A stretch of 63,496 bases of DNA, filler included, from Choristocarpus tenellus KU-1152 (Eukaryota > Protista > Phaeophyceae): assembly GCA_964200185.2 (NCBI GenBank). It is 11 parts of 11 records of this genome, joined end to end, with 100 filler letters (N's around TTAATTAATTAA, not from the genome) between each part and the next. Parts side by side here need not be neighbours in the genome. Positions count along the whole stretch, not along the records: positions 35,936 to 41,532 come from CAXNAD020010293.1; positions 41,633 to 44,893 come from CAXNAD020021194.1; positions 44,994 to 49,462 come from CAXNAD020014402.1; 8 more parts are not named here. One strand, given 5' to 3'. Positions 37,886 to 49,562 of this stretch are shown here, in pieces; positions within the stretch are counted from its first letter, which is position 1; the number at the start of each line of letters is the position of its first letter. Both the position numbers and the translations under genes were made by a program. The notes beneath the pieces are model-generated. The model did not search any database. It saw only the letters and a program-made list of their open reading frames with translations, and was not told where the DNA came from.

Positions 37886-39463
37886 AGCACATGTGTGTTT
37901 GTGTCGTTGTTTTTTTGTTAGTGTGATTGTTTGAGAGTTAATACTTGTTTTCAGCAAGGGCAGGATGTCGAGTAACCTAGTGTTATCCTTACGTTGTCTT
38001 TGGTGTGATACAATAGAAGTCATAAGGTGCAAACGGTATTGTGGGTCAGCCTTTGGTCATACGTCAGAAATAACTGATAGCTAAGGTCAGGAATAACTGA
38101 TAGCTAAGGCAAAGGCCCAGTGGATAATTAATATTCAGTGTATTCTTTACCGTATAACTCATCTACCAGCTTTGGGCGACGAGTCTAATATGCGCCAAGC
38201 TCTTCAATATACCGTTTGACACTCGGTGCGATGTTAGGTGACCAGAAAGTGCGTAGTGTGGCGCAGCAGCATGATCAGATCGCACAATGGATCACCCGGC
38301 GGCGGCACTGACACTGAGAGAAGATGGATGGAAAGCATTACCACACAAACGTGGTTGGATATTCAACCACGTCGGAGCACTGTTCTGCAGTCTCTCCCGT
38401 CTCGGGAAAGCAGGAAGAGAGGGGTGAGTTTATCACCAGGTGGTACACAGTGACGAAGTCTGTGGGGAAACCTGGTCACGGCGGGCGAAGGGAGAACCTG
38501 AGTGGCCATCCGAAGGAAAGGTTGGGGAGGAGAGCAGTGCGCCTGCGTGCCATTGCGTTAAGGAAACACCCAAGAAAAAGCCCAGGTATAGAATATCTTA
38601 GTAGTCGACAATTGCAGCAGGCCCTGACTGTTTGGAAGCTATGTGAGCTGGAGTGGCTTAAGGAAACGAGAAAGGAGGTGTTAGTGTTGGGCTACAAGGG
38701 CTCTGAAGTCTGAAAGAAGGTCGAAAGGGCTCGCAAGGCAGAAGAGAAAGCGATTGTAACAAAGGCAGCTGTGGAGACTTTTCGATACCACCAATCCCTT
38801 ACTTCGAAGAGGTCACGAAGCAGGTGGAGGTAGCCATCGACGAGGACGCCAGGGGAGAAGAGGAGGTGGGATTGAGACTACTTGCACACCGATGGTTTGA
38901 TGCCTCCCACTTCTTGCAAGATGCCGTACATTCACTTTTGTTCCTGGACTTAGGGTTGGACGTACAAAGTTGATTAAGGCTTTCTCCCCACCTGCATTCA
39001 TTCGAGAAATCAACACAATTTTCGATCAACTTAAGCCAGTTCTCCCTCGCCCTTGCACCTTGATAAAATATCACCCGCCCAGGAAATACGGACGATGCCC
39101 ATTTCCGGCGTTTAATGAGGAAATGTGATAGTAAAGGCTCTAACGCTGCGAATTCGATACCTGTGTATGAACGATGGGAAAGATTTTCAAACGGCGCTCG
39201 AGATTGTGCAAATTACCTTGGGAGGTAATGCTATTTGTTAGTAGTGAAGATAAGATGGTGTGAAGCCTCACACGACCCCCTTTGCTGAACGTGATTACAT
39301 GGTTGAAATTAGAAGAGTGACCTTTGTTTGGTGTCTTCTCATTGCTTGTTTATTATTTATTTGTGCTTCCTATCTAAGTCAAGTCAAAGTAGTTGAATGC
39401 GGAATAAATACCAGTACATAATCCCATACATATTCCGGATGTACTATCTCATTAGATACATTG

Positions 39464-39635
39464 CATGGACTCAATTCAACACAATAATCTCATATACACA
39501 AAATAAGGTACACCTTACTATTGTCCTATTTTGCACACTCCCATTAGCTTCATCACATGGACTCAATTCAACGCAATAACCTCATATACACAAAATAAGG
39601 TACACCTCGCTATTGTCCTATTTTGCACACTCCCC
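39464..39635. repeat. Tandem duplication, ~93-bp period
   Basis: CATGGACTCAATTCAAC.CAATAA.CTCATATACACAAAATAAGGTACACCT..CTATTGTCCTATTTTGCACACTCCC occurs twice. Confidence 0.9.
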
Positions 39636-40032
39636 CATGCGAGTGCAGGCAATGAAAAAGTTGCTGGAACTCTCAAACCTAAAATATCTTATTGTGTACA
39701 ATTCCCATTCTGCACGCTTTCCATGAAAATGGAAGTAAAAAACGTCACATTGGTTCAATTCTCACACACATCACATTTATCTTGTCAACGCAATAAAAGA
39801 ACACTGATTGCTTAAACTCAAACATACGTCATTCATCTAGTCAACACAGTGTCTACGAAGCCTTGTACTTGCTTCTCTAGATTCACCAACACAATGATGT
39901 ACAATCGTATCCCATGATAACCCCTCGCTTAGTTTATGGCAAAAATTTGAACCAGTCCCCTTTTTTTGCCGTTTCTCTTATTGGACTTAGCACTCACTCC
40001 CCCAGGCTTGAAGCCTATCATAATTGAATGTC

Positions 40033-41369
40033 TTAAACATCTTCTCGTTGAGTGAAGTCCTGTGCCACCAACCTGGCCTTGACTAAACGTACAATCTTTC
40101 CAGACCATATACCACATCCATTACATAAAAGAACACAGATCTCTTCACTTATGTCTGCTTGGATAAAAGCTTGTTTCACATCCCAATGCTTCAATTCCCA
40201 ATCCTTTTCTGCAGCTAATGCTAAAACCATTTTCAAAGACGCAGGGGACAGTGTCGGGGCAAAGGTATCTTGGTAATCTAAACCCTCAATCTGTCGAAAA
40301 CCTTTTGCTACCAAACGTGCCTTGTATCTAACTACCTCACCAAATTTGTTAGTCTTACGCTTGTGAATCCATATAGTGTCTATTGCCCTGCGTCCAGGGG
40401 GTAATACAGCCTCCACTCAAACACTATTCAACAACAAACCAGACATCTCTTCTGCTCTAGCTAGATCCCATCAATCACATTCGGGAGAGCTACGTGCTGC
40501 TCTTACAGGCTTGGGTTCTGGAGGGAGCTCATCCGCTAACACTCTAATAGAATCATCACTCACATACACCACAAGGGTAGTCTATATGGAAACAGACAAA
40601 CAAGTAAATAAAAAAAAATGGACATGTTAGAAACAGCAGCTTTGGCGGAAGTATCACCATCATTGCTTTCCTCAGTCTCCTCCAACTCGTTGTCACCATG
40701 TTGTCCTCAGTTTCCTCCATAGATTCACCACTATCCCAGGGTGCCTCTGATATAGAAGACGGTTCTCGATGGTCTGGGGTAGCTATTATTTACTCCCCAG
40801 ACTTACAAGTCTTGTGCAGGCAGCCCTTTGCTGACAAGCTTCCTCTGTTTTTCTTTTTTGACCCCAACCCTGGTCCAGCTAATTCCTCCACCTGTTTAGA
40901 CGGTGTCGCTCTCCTCTGGTGACAAACGATCTGAAGGTTTCCTTTACCTCCACAGTTGTAGCATATTCCTTCAAAAGAACAAGGACCAATATGCTTGATC
41001 AGTCCACAATTTAAACATCTTCTGTTGGTCCTCATCTCGTCTCTGGCAGGGGATCTTGTTGTAATATGGTCCGTACGTTGACCAGTTGTACCTTGGCCGC
41101 CTCCTCTGCCAACCTTCTGTGTTCTCTTCCATAAGTTTATGGTCCCAGCGGCTAGAGTGCTCCCAGGCTCCCCTCGGTTAGCTCCTCCTTTCCTTTCTGG
41201 TGGAGGTTTAGTTACTGCTCCTGCTAATGTCCAGCTCCCCTAGTGGCAGGTACAGCAATTGCTTTTCTCTTTCCGTAAGCAAGAATCTTGGGGTCTCCAA
41301 TCGATGGGCGTGCCCCCTTCAGGGACAAGTGTTGTGACGACTGCTCTAGGTCCATAGGCAGATTATTGT

Positions 41370-41370
<1 letters not shown>
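40033..41370 (-). mobile_element. Internally deleted Ty1/copia element (gag zinc knuckles and RT fragment)
   Basis: CLNCGLIKHIGPC/CYNCGGKGNLQIVC knuckles at ~40920-41020; RT motifs WIHKRK...YKARLVAKGFRQIEGLDYQDTFAP...HWDVKQAFIQAD. Nucleotide-similar to the 36240 copy, in opposite orientation. Confidence 0.9.
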
Positions 41371-41532
<162 letters not shown>

Positions 41533-41632
41533 NNNNNNNNNNNNNNNNNNNNNNNNNNNNNNNNNNNNNNNNNNNNTTAATTAATTAANNNNNNNNNNNN
41601 NNNNNNNNNNNNNNNNNNNNNNNNNNNNNNNN

Positions 41633-41708
41633 CAGCAAAAAAAATAGTTATTTGACCGAAGCGGACGCCCCCTCACAAACCACCCCCCCCCCACAGATAT
41701 TTTGACCC
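41633..41708. mobile_element. Terminus of poly-G-TIR Sola2-like element
   Basis: Near copy of positions 1-54, ending ...AGATATTTTGACCC. Confidence 0.65.
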
Positions 41709-42224
41709 ATGTTGTATCGTTAGTTTTGAAAACAGAACTTATGTTTGGGAGGTATCTTATCATCGACGACAACTATTGTATCCACAACAGTGGTTCTTCT
41801 CGTATATAGTTTAGGTCTCTATTTCACCCCCTTGACACATCTGCAAAATGTCAGAGAGGACATAATAATATGTAAGAAACCATCTACGATATCTGTTGAT
41901 ATTATACATTGTCGACGGTATGTGTCACAATGAGATGCCTTTCCCATTCATGAAGTAAAGTACTGAATTCTACAACCAACAGTTGGTATATCACTGGAGC
42001 TGAATATTTGGTTGGATCCTCAGGGTCGAATTGCTTGAGGCTGTATAGTAGAGGTGGAATTGAGGACACTCTACTGTACCTAGCGTCACCACTACACCCA
42101 GCATCATATCCACCACTGTGTGTGTTCCTCCACCTCTGCGTAAGGTTCTGGAAATAGAACATCTCAATCCCACTAAAGTATAGTAAGAACTGGGAGAGAG
42201 AGCATTGAGGTAGATACTCATTAG

Positions 42225-42560
42225 TATAAAAATGGAAGCTGCGGATATTGTGGGTTTCATGACACGAATGGACAATACCTCCTTATGCAACAAACTTCTT
42301 TTGTTTGGGTTACTTTTAACTGAGGAATTAAGCGGGGTGAAGGAAGGGCCGGAGGAAACCTGTTGGTGGTGCCTTCAACAAGATCGATTTGAAAGTTTCA
42401 GCATTTCAGCTGCAAAAGTGGTGTTGTTTACTTGCATAAGATCCAAGCCAGTGTTTCAGGTGTGTGAAGGATGGAGCCAAATGCTTCAGGATAGTTGATG
42501 GATACCTAGCATACTACGGAGGCTTAAGCAAGCGCAGCTCGCCACATCAAACACATAAGT
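42225..42560 (+). mobile_element. Decayed 3' end of an RTE-like LINE
   Basis: GFMTRMDNTSLCNKLLLFGLL...GPEETCWWCLQQD resembles the RTE ORF C-terminal pattern (G..RM..RLP..LFG..L..G.....W..CL..D). Confidence 0.5.
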
Positions 42561-42615
42561 CAATTATATGTAGAGATTTGGGTTAGGAATGGTGGGGTCT
42601 GGCCTCGGATACCTT

Positions 42616-42875
42616 GAGCCAAAGTATCTTTGAGGGTAGGATCACGTCCGTTCGGGGGCCACAATCCAACCTTGCGATTTTGACGTATTTTTGGCTATCG
42701 TGTTTGTTAGGAAGTGTCAATATCCTTGTTCCGCGGACACACCTTTTCATGACGAACACATTTTACGTACTCCTATACATATTGGAGTAGGAAAATGTCA
42801 TTAAAAAAACATGGGAAACCAAATCCCAAATGGACAAACAGGGCAAAACTCGTACCCTCTAAGATACTTTCACTT
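42616..42875 (+). mobile_element. Sola2-like MITE copy D
   Basis: GAGCCAAAGTATCTT ... AAGATACTTTCACTT; TSD CCTT (42612-42615/42876-42879). Confidence 0.88.
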
Positions 42876-45081
42876 CCTTCCTTAATACTGATAGTGGTAT
42901 CTATATATTGTTGGTGTGTCTACATGATTTGACCTGAGTTATTCAGATGTGTTCCATTATTAATGTCCCCATTCTTGGACAACTTTTGGTCTCCTTGATG
43001 AATGTAGGAGCTGAAAATAATTTAAACTTGACTGCTGCTGGGCTTTTCTCTTTATCTACCAAGTCAAAAAAAATTGTCTTGTTATTTTTGAACGAAGAAA
43101 TAATATACTTTTGGTTTCTTCTTTTCTTCGCGTTGCTTCTCAAGACCTCTTCTCTTCTTGTCAGATGTATTCTTCATTTTTTTTTTCTCCTCTTGTAATG
43201 CTTTTGGTGACCACGGGTTCAAAGCATTTGGCACTTTGCTTCGTTCTGCATGACAACATATGTCTGCCAAATGTTTAAGCCCATTACATTACGCAATGAA
43301 CTAGAGTGTGCTGATCAATCAATCACTGTCACACCTACCCTCAATTTCGTACCAAATATCAGTAGTGTAGTAACTATTATAATATTTGTTACCATTTTAG
43401 CAAATTTTACTCCATAGTACAAAGTTTTCTAAATCGCATAAAGCTTCACTTATGAGGGCGGAATGGAGCACTGCTTGTGTTTTTGAGCGCTGCTCTTATA
43501 TGCACAATTATATACACTCCCAAAAAATCAATGTGTCTGTTTTTGACTGGGTAGCTGAATGGTATTATTGCACCCTCAATCCCACAACAGTGAGTGGCAC
43601 GATTTCTATTACTATTCCAGAATGCTGCCCTGAGTCATATGATGCTTGCTATTTTTGCTTTCACCCCATGCCACACTCTGGGGATGCGAGATTCCTTTGA
43701 GATTTTTACTTGGACTGCAGTTAGTACCCTCAGCAACTGATATATATTAGAATTTGGCACTGTTTCCCCTCTGTTCATACTCATTGGTCCCAGCTCAATG
43801 ACCTCCCTCTCGAGGTGTTAGACTGTGGGGACTTGTAGGCAATCATCCCAACGAAAACTACTTTTACAACCTATTTCCTGCCACGTGAAATGCACAATAA
43901 TATGTGAGGATGTCATTCAAGGTCGACGTGGACGCATGAGGGTAACAAATACTCTTCAGACCTTTCGATATATGGAAAAGTTAGATTGAGATGAGGGATT
44001 CACACTCTAATCAACGCAACCAGAAGCGTTGAGGTGGGAATGAGTGTAGCCTAGGCTCGGTTTGTGTTGCTGCGTTTATATGTGTTTCAAAATAAAAAGC
44101 TATAAAGATACTCGTTCTTATTCTCCTGGGTTTCCCTTGTAACATGCTCTTATGTGTTTGGTCCCCTGCTAAACCTCATATAGCACATTCATTCCTCCAC
44201 ACTTCTTCTACAGTATTCTACACGTCTAGAGAATCACACACACTCAGACGGATTGTTGAGACAATTCTCTTGTGTGAAAATGCTCGTTAATACTCCAGCA
44301 GGAGTGGGCTGTCGATGTGGAAAGAGGAAGGAAAACTTTGCCAGTTAATACCTACAGGTCCAGGAGAAAAAGATCAACGTACCGTTGTGCCTGGGTAAAC
44401 GGAAAGGGGCTGTGCTTGGGGGGAAAGAGATAAAGGGGAAATTCATCAGTTGTTAACCACACCGCAGTGCTCAAGTAGGAGCAGGAGGAACTGCACAGGG
44501 ATGTGTGTGTGGGATGTGCTCGGGGAGATAAGAGGAGGAGAAACAAAACAAACTAATATCCATGGTGCTCTAGTAGCACGAGGAGAAAAGGGGCAGGGGT
44601 GTCTGTGTGTGGGTAGCAGGGGTAGGCTGTGGTGGGAGGAGGTCTATGCTTGCCCGAGCCAAGAGAAGAATGTCCTAGCTAAATGTGAAGGTCTACCTGT
44701 GAGGTCTGCGTGCAGCTATAGACGTTCAAAGTGGTGAATACTTGAATTTCACAACTAATGAAAGCATCACAGGCCATGGCCCTGGTAGACACCATACAAT
44801 AAAAATATAACGTTATGGGCTAACCATCCTCTTGATAACAACGAATGGTGTAATGATCGAGTAACAGGTTGGAGGACAGGGGGGGTTACAGGGNNNNNNN
44901 NNNNNNNNNNNNNNNNNNNNNNNNNNNNNNNNNNNNNTTAATTAATTAANNNNNNNNNNNNNNNNNNNNNNNNNNNNNNNNNNNNNNNNNNNNAAAACAG
45001 GGTAATGTGTTTTTATTCAAATTTAACAACCAGTTTCAAAAAAATAACAAAAAAAAGGGGAGGGAGGGGAGGAAATGTATT

Positions 45082-45130
<49 letters not shown>

Positions 45131-45581
45131 TTGGAAATGAACAAAAGAATCGAACATTAAATGTATTCATAATTTTTTTTTTTTCAAGAAAATAATTTGA
45201 AGTAGCACAGCAAAGGGAAAAATAAGATATATATTCTGAACCGAACAAAAGCATCAACACACACTATTTTATTATTATTATTATTATTATTATTATCATT
45301 GATGTATACAAGTTTTACACTATTGGATGAGAAGAAACACCCACTAGTAAACCAACACCCTAGAGATGTCAAAATGCATCAAACACACCAATAGCTGAAA
45401 AAAAGGTAAATAAATATATAATACATACATATACATATACATGATGTTTTTAAACCTCCAAAGCTGCTGCAGTAGTACAACAAAATGAAGAAGCACAGGT
45501 AAAAGCCATGCAATCCCACCCCCCACCCCCCCATCATGACACACACACACACACACACTTCCTGGTCTTGATAATGCTTGC

Positions 45582-46276
45582 CTTAATGGATGCCTGCACC
45601 CTTGTTCTCCTCTGAGGCTCCACCTCCCCCAACAGAACCTGGTGGCATTCACCAGAAGGAAGTTAAGGAAGGAAGGAGGGGCCACGTGTCCAAATTTCAA
45701 ACAGATTCCACTTCACATTTCGACATCACCTTTCTTTCCAATCCAATTCAAACACCTCTTACGACCATCGCAGTAATGACGTCATCATCATCATTATTAT
45801 TATTACATAATTGTTATTATTATATAATCGTTATCGTTACTTTTACACAGGGTTTCCTCAGACAAAAAATTGGCGTTTTTCCTTGACTGCACAGAGAGAG
45901 CAGTGAGAGAACGCGTGAGCGCCACACGTTACTGTGGCATCAGATTTCAACCACAAAGCAGGTGTTTAACATCTGCAGTAGTAGAACATGTACACAGGAA
46001 AATGAACTATTCCATTGACTTGTTCCTCACTACAGACAGGTAGTAGATAGAGGCTATATGGTGAAGGATACCCACTCTGGGTGGATGGGAGTGCGAGGTA
46101 TAGAATAGAAGCAATGCATTTATTTTTCAGTAGTGCCGAAGTGCATTATTTTTCTATTTTTTAAATGCAATTCGATCTTCCTGCGACCGGTCAGGGTCCA
46201 GTAGTCTCTTCCGATCAAGAAACTTTAGAAAATAAACTAAAATAAAATAATAAAAAAACAAATCAAATAAATAAAT

Positions 46277-46307
<31 letters not shown>

Positions 46308-47197
46308 TCTTAAAATCGTGGAGTGTTATCACGCAATACTCTTACAAAACAAACGATACCTTAATGTTCTTTCTTTTTAACTAGTGTCCAGTTCTCTCGT
46401 ATATCAAAAGCGACTGCTTGCAATGAGAATCAGAGTCCCTCACACAATTATTTTTTTATTATTTCCACGCAAAGAATTTTCTCTGAAGATTCTAACAAAG
46501 GAATGGAGTCCCTCACACTCTCGCAATTACAATAGAGTATAATACTTATTGAAAATAGAGATTTTCACAAAAAAAATATTCTCCCAGAAAAAAAAGAAGG
46601 GTACGTTTAGAACTGGTTGATGTTCACAGATACACACATTGAAATGATGTTTTGCCCCCCTTCACAGGTACCATCATGGTCTCTCTTATACTCTTAGGGC
46701 CATGGCTAGGTAGGGTCGAGCTAGTGTTTCCTAGTCCCAGACTAAAGTTAGACAATTATTATTATTATTATTATTATTATAACAACAGCAGAAATAATAA
46801 AAAATAGAAACATAAATTTTAAAAGTAGTAATGATAATAAACAACAGTAATAAACAATAACGATTTTTTTTTAAACGCAAAAACAAAAACAAATTTATAG
46901 TAGTAGTAATAATAATACAATCCTCTAATGTAGCACATGCAAACACACGCACACACACACACACACACATGCAAGAAAAGTCTTGTAGTCCACCTTGGGT
47001 AGTATTTCCTGTACATTAGCTGATGTACACATGCAGAGATGACCCACACTTCTCCTTTCATCTGTGATCTTTGAAGTGTTCTTATCTCCCTCCCTGGATG
47101 GGTCGCTATTGACCCCCACCAGGGGAATGTTAGACCCGAGGAAGTGACTGGCGGAGAGGGCGGTACCGTCACCCCCGATTGAAATCACCAGGTCTGC
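45582..47197 (-). CDS. NAD(H) kinase, plant NADK3-like, internal exons
   Basis: Exon 47197-46994 ADLVISIGGDGTALSASHFLGSNIPLVGVNSDP...RRSVGHLCMCTSANVQEILPK carries the GGDG motif; it splices in frame to exon 45638-~45582 VLLGEVEPQRRTRVQASIK. Confidence 0.88.
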
Positions 47198-47244
47198 CTT
47201 TTGTTTTCGGATTTATTAACATGTGTGGACATTAATTTGAGGGG

Positions 47245-47470
47245 TATATGATACGTATTTGATATGTGTTTGATATGTATTTGATATGTGCTTGATACGT
47301 ATTTGATATGTGCTTGATTTGTACTTGATTTGTACTTGATATGTATTTGATATGTGCTTGATATGTATTTGATATGTGCTTGATACGTATTTGACATGTA
47401 TTTGATATGTGCTTGATATGTATTTGATATGTATTTGATATGTGCTTGATATGTATTTAATATGTATTTG
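47245..47470. repeat. 11-bp minisatellite (TATGTATTTGA/TATGTGCTTGA), intronic
   Basis: ~20 diverged units just upstream of the NADK exon acceptor. Confidence 0.92.
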
Positions 47471-48128
47471 GACACGGTGATACATGGAGGAAGGGTAGAC
47501 ATATGTGTGATTGATGCACACCATAATACAGTCTTTTATGAGGTGGAGTGGGGGTGTGGGGAGGGGGGGATAAGGATATTGCCTAGAAAAGGTACATGAT
47601 GGCACTTGGAAGTATGAGGTAAAAGATATAGATACAGTTGTAAGAAGCTTAGAGATGTTGTCTACTCTAACAGAAAAAGGTGCACAAATGACACTCGTCA
47701 CGTCCTATTGATTTCTTGTTTTTATTTTTCCAAATCTCAAAACTCACATCTTCTAATTATTGGGGAGGCTTTTTTCATGTACGAAAGCGATCGTTCTCCT
47801 ATCGGTACCTGTTGCCACTATTCTGTAAAATAACAATAAAATATTTTTATATTATTATTTTTTCAGGAGCGAAGTAAAATTATAAAGAAATATCACAGGC
47901 TATCCCATCCCACTGCTTGCCGCTTCCACACCATCACAAAAAATAAAATAAAAAGCACTACGAAGAATGCAATACCGTACACCTGAAATAAACAAAAGAA
48001 TATATGGCGATTTGAAGCACCATCATATATATATATATATATATATATTTATGAAGTACACCCTCTAAAACACGCAATCGCACAAGCAGACCAAACACAG
48101 AAACAGAGGACATCTATAGGTTCACTTC

Positions 48129-48184
48129 TATCAACATTTGAATATCAACATTTGAATATCAACATTTGAATATCAACATTTGAA
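48129..48184. repeat. (TATCAACATTTGAA)4
   Basis: Four perfect 14-bp units. Confidence 0.95.
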
Positions 48185-48319
48185 GTATACCGAGAAGCCG
48201 AGTCGACTCCCATCGGGAAGTGTACACTTGAAATGACCACTTGCTACCCCTCCTCGCAATATACAAACTCCTCTGGTCTCACTATCTCCATCGCAATTTC
48301 CACTTATTAGTACCATCCT

Positions 48320-48355
<36 letters not shown>

Positions 48356-48988
48356 CTAGATATTACATACTACATACTACATACTACATAATACATACTA
48401 GGTACCACATACTACATACTAAATGGTACCGGAATACTTGTACCAGGGGTCAGTACCCCCCTCACAACAGCGTTCTTGTCGAATAATACTTGACCGCAAG
48501 TACAAGAGTACAAGCACGGTACCTGCGCTGCAATTCTTGCTACACAACAGTAAACCACGAGTACAAGTCTCTACCCGTACCATTACTCTCACTACACACT
48601 CAACTACAGGTACAAGTGTGCGCTAGTATCACCACTCTTACCCACATACTCAGTAACAGACTGCAAGCAAAAGTCTGTGCCTATGCCGTAGCCCCAGCCA
48701 CAAAACTTGACACTTCTGGGTTATAAGTACAAACCTGTAGTTGTAACCCAACTCTTGCCAGACACTTAGCAATAGTACAACCTGGTACCAGAAAACAAGT
48801 ACCAAGTGTGCAACTGTACCAGGAAACACTCGACTGAAAACTGAACTATAAATACAGTACAAGTTCAAACTCTGCTCCCGGACATTGCAAACTACGTCCC
48901 TCGTTGCGCTCCAGACCGACCGCCTTCCATCTCCTTTCATTTTACTTTTTTTCTTCTCATTCTTTACTTTAGCATATAAAAACAAGAC

Positions 48989-49024
<36 letters not shown>

Positions 49025-49562
49025 CATGTAATAAAAAAAAGAAAAAGTTAGATTTACCGTTTAAATATATAACGATACGCCCTCGTACCGCAGTTACTAT
49101 TTACTATAATATTATTATTATCTTTACGGTAGACCTAGTGTGCACACACGCTTCTTTTCATCTTCCCATCACTCGCGTACAACAGCGGTGCCAGTAAGAG
49201 ACTGGTGCTTTGCCATCGATCCTTTTGCAACCAGTACTTCAAAAGTAACGGAGTGAGAGACAGTGTCAGTTCTGAGCAAGATTGCACCACTGATGATTTC
49301 GAACATGCAATTTCAAACACAGGATCAGAGCAGCAATATATATACATATATATATTTATTTATTTATTTTCTTTACATTTCCTATCATGTTTGTACCGGA
49401 AAGATCTCCATTTACCCTCCATTTGCCCTTGTGTACCCCCCCCCCCATCTACCCCTTCGTACNNNNNNNNNNNNNNNNNNNNNNNNNNNNNNNNNNNNNN
49501 NNNNNNTTAATTAATTAANNNNNNNNNNNNNNNNNNNNNNNNNNNNNNNNNNNNNNNNNNNN

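Noticed and set aside
47185-47701. YQAHIKYISST repeat ORFs
   Set aside because: Translation of an 11-bp intronic minisatellite.
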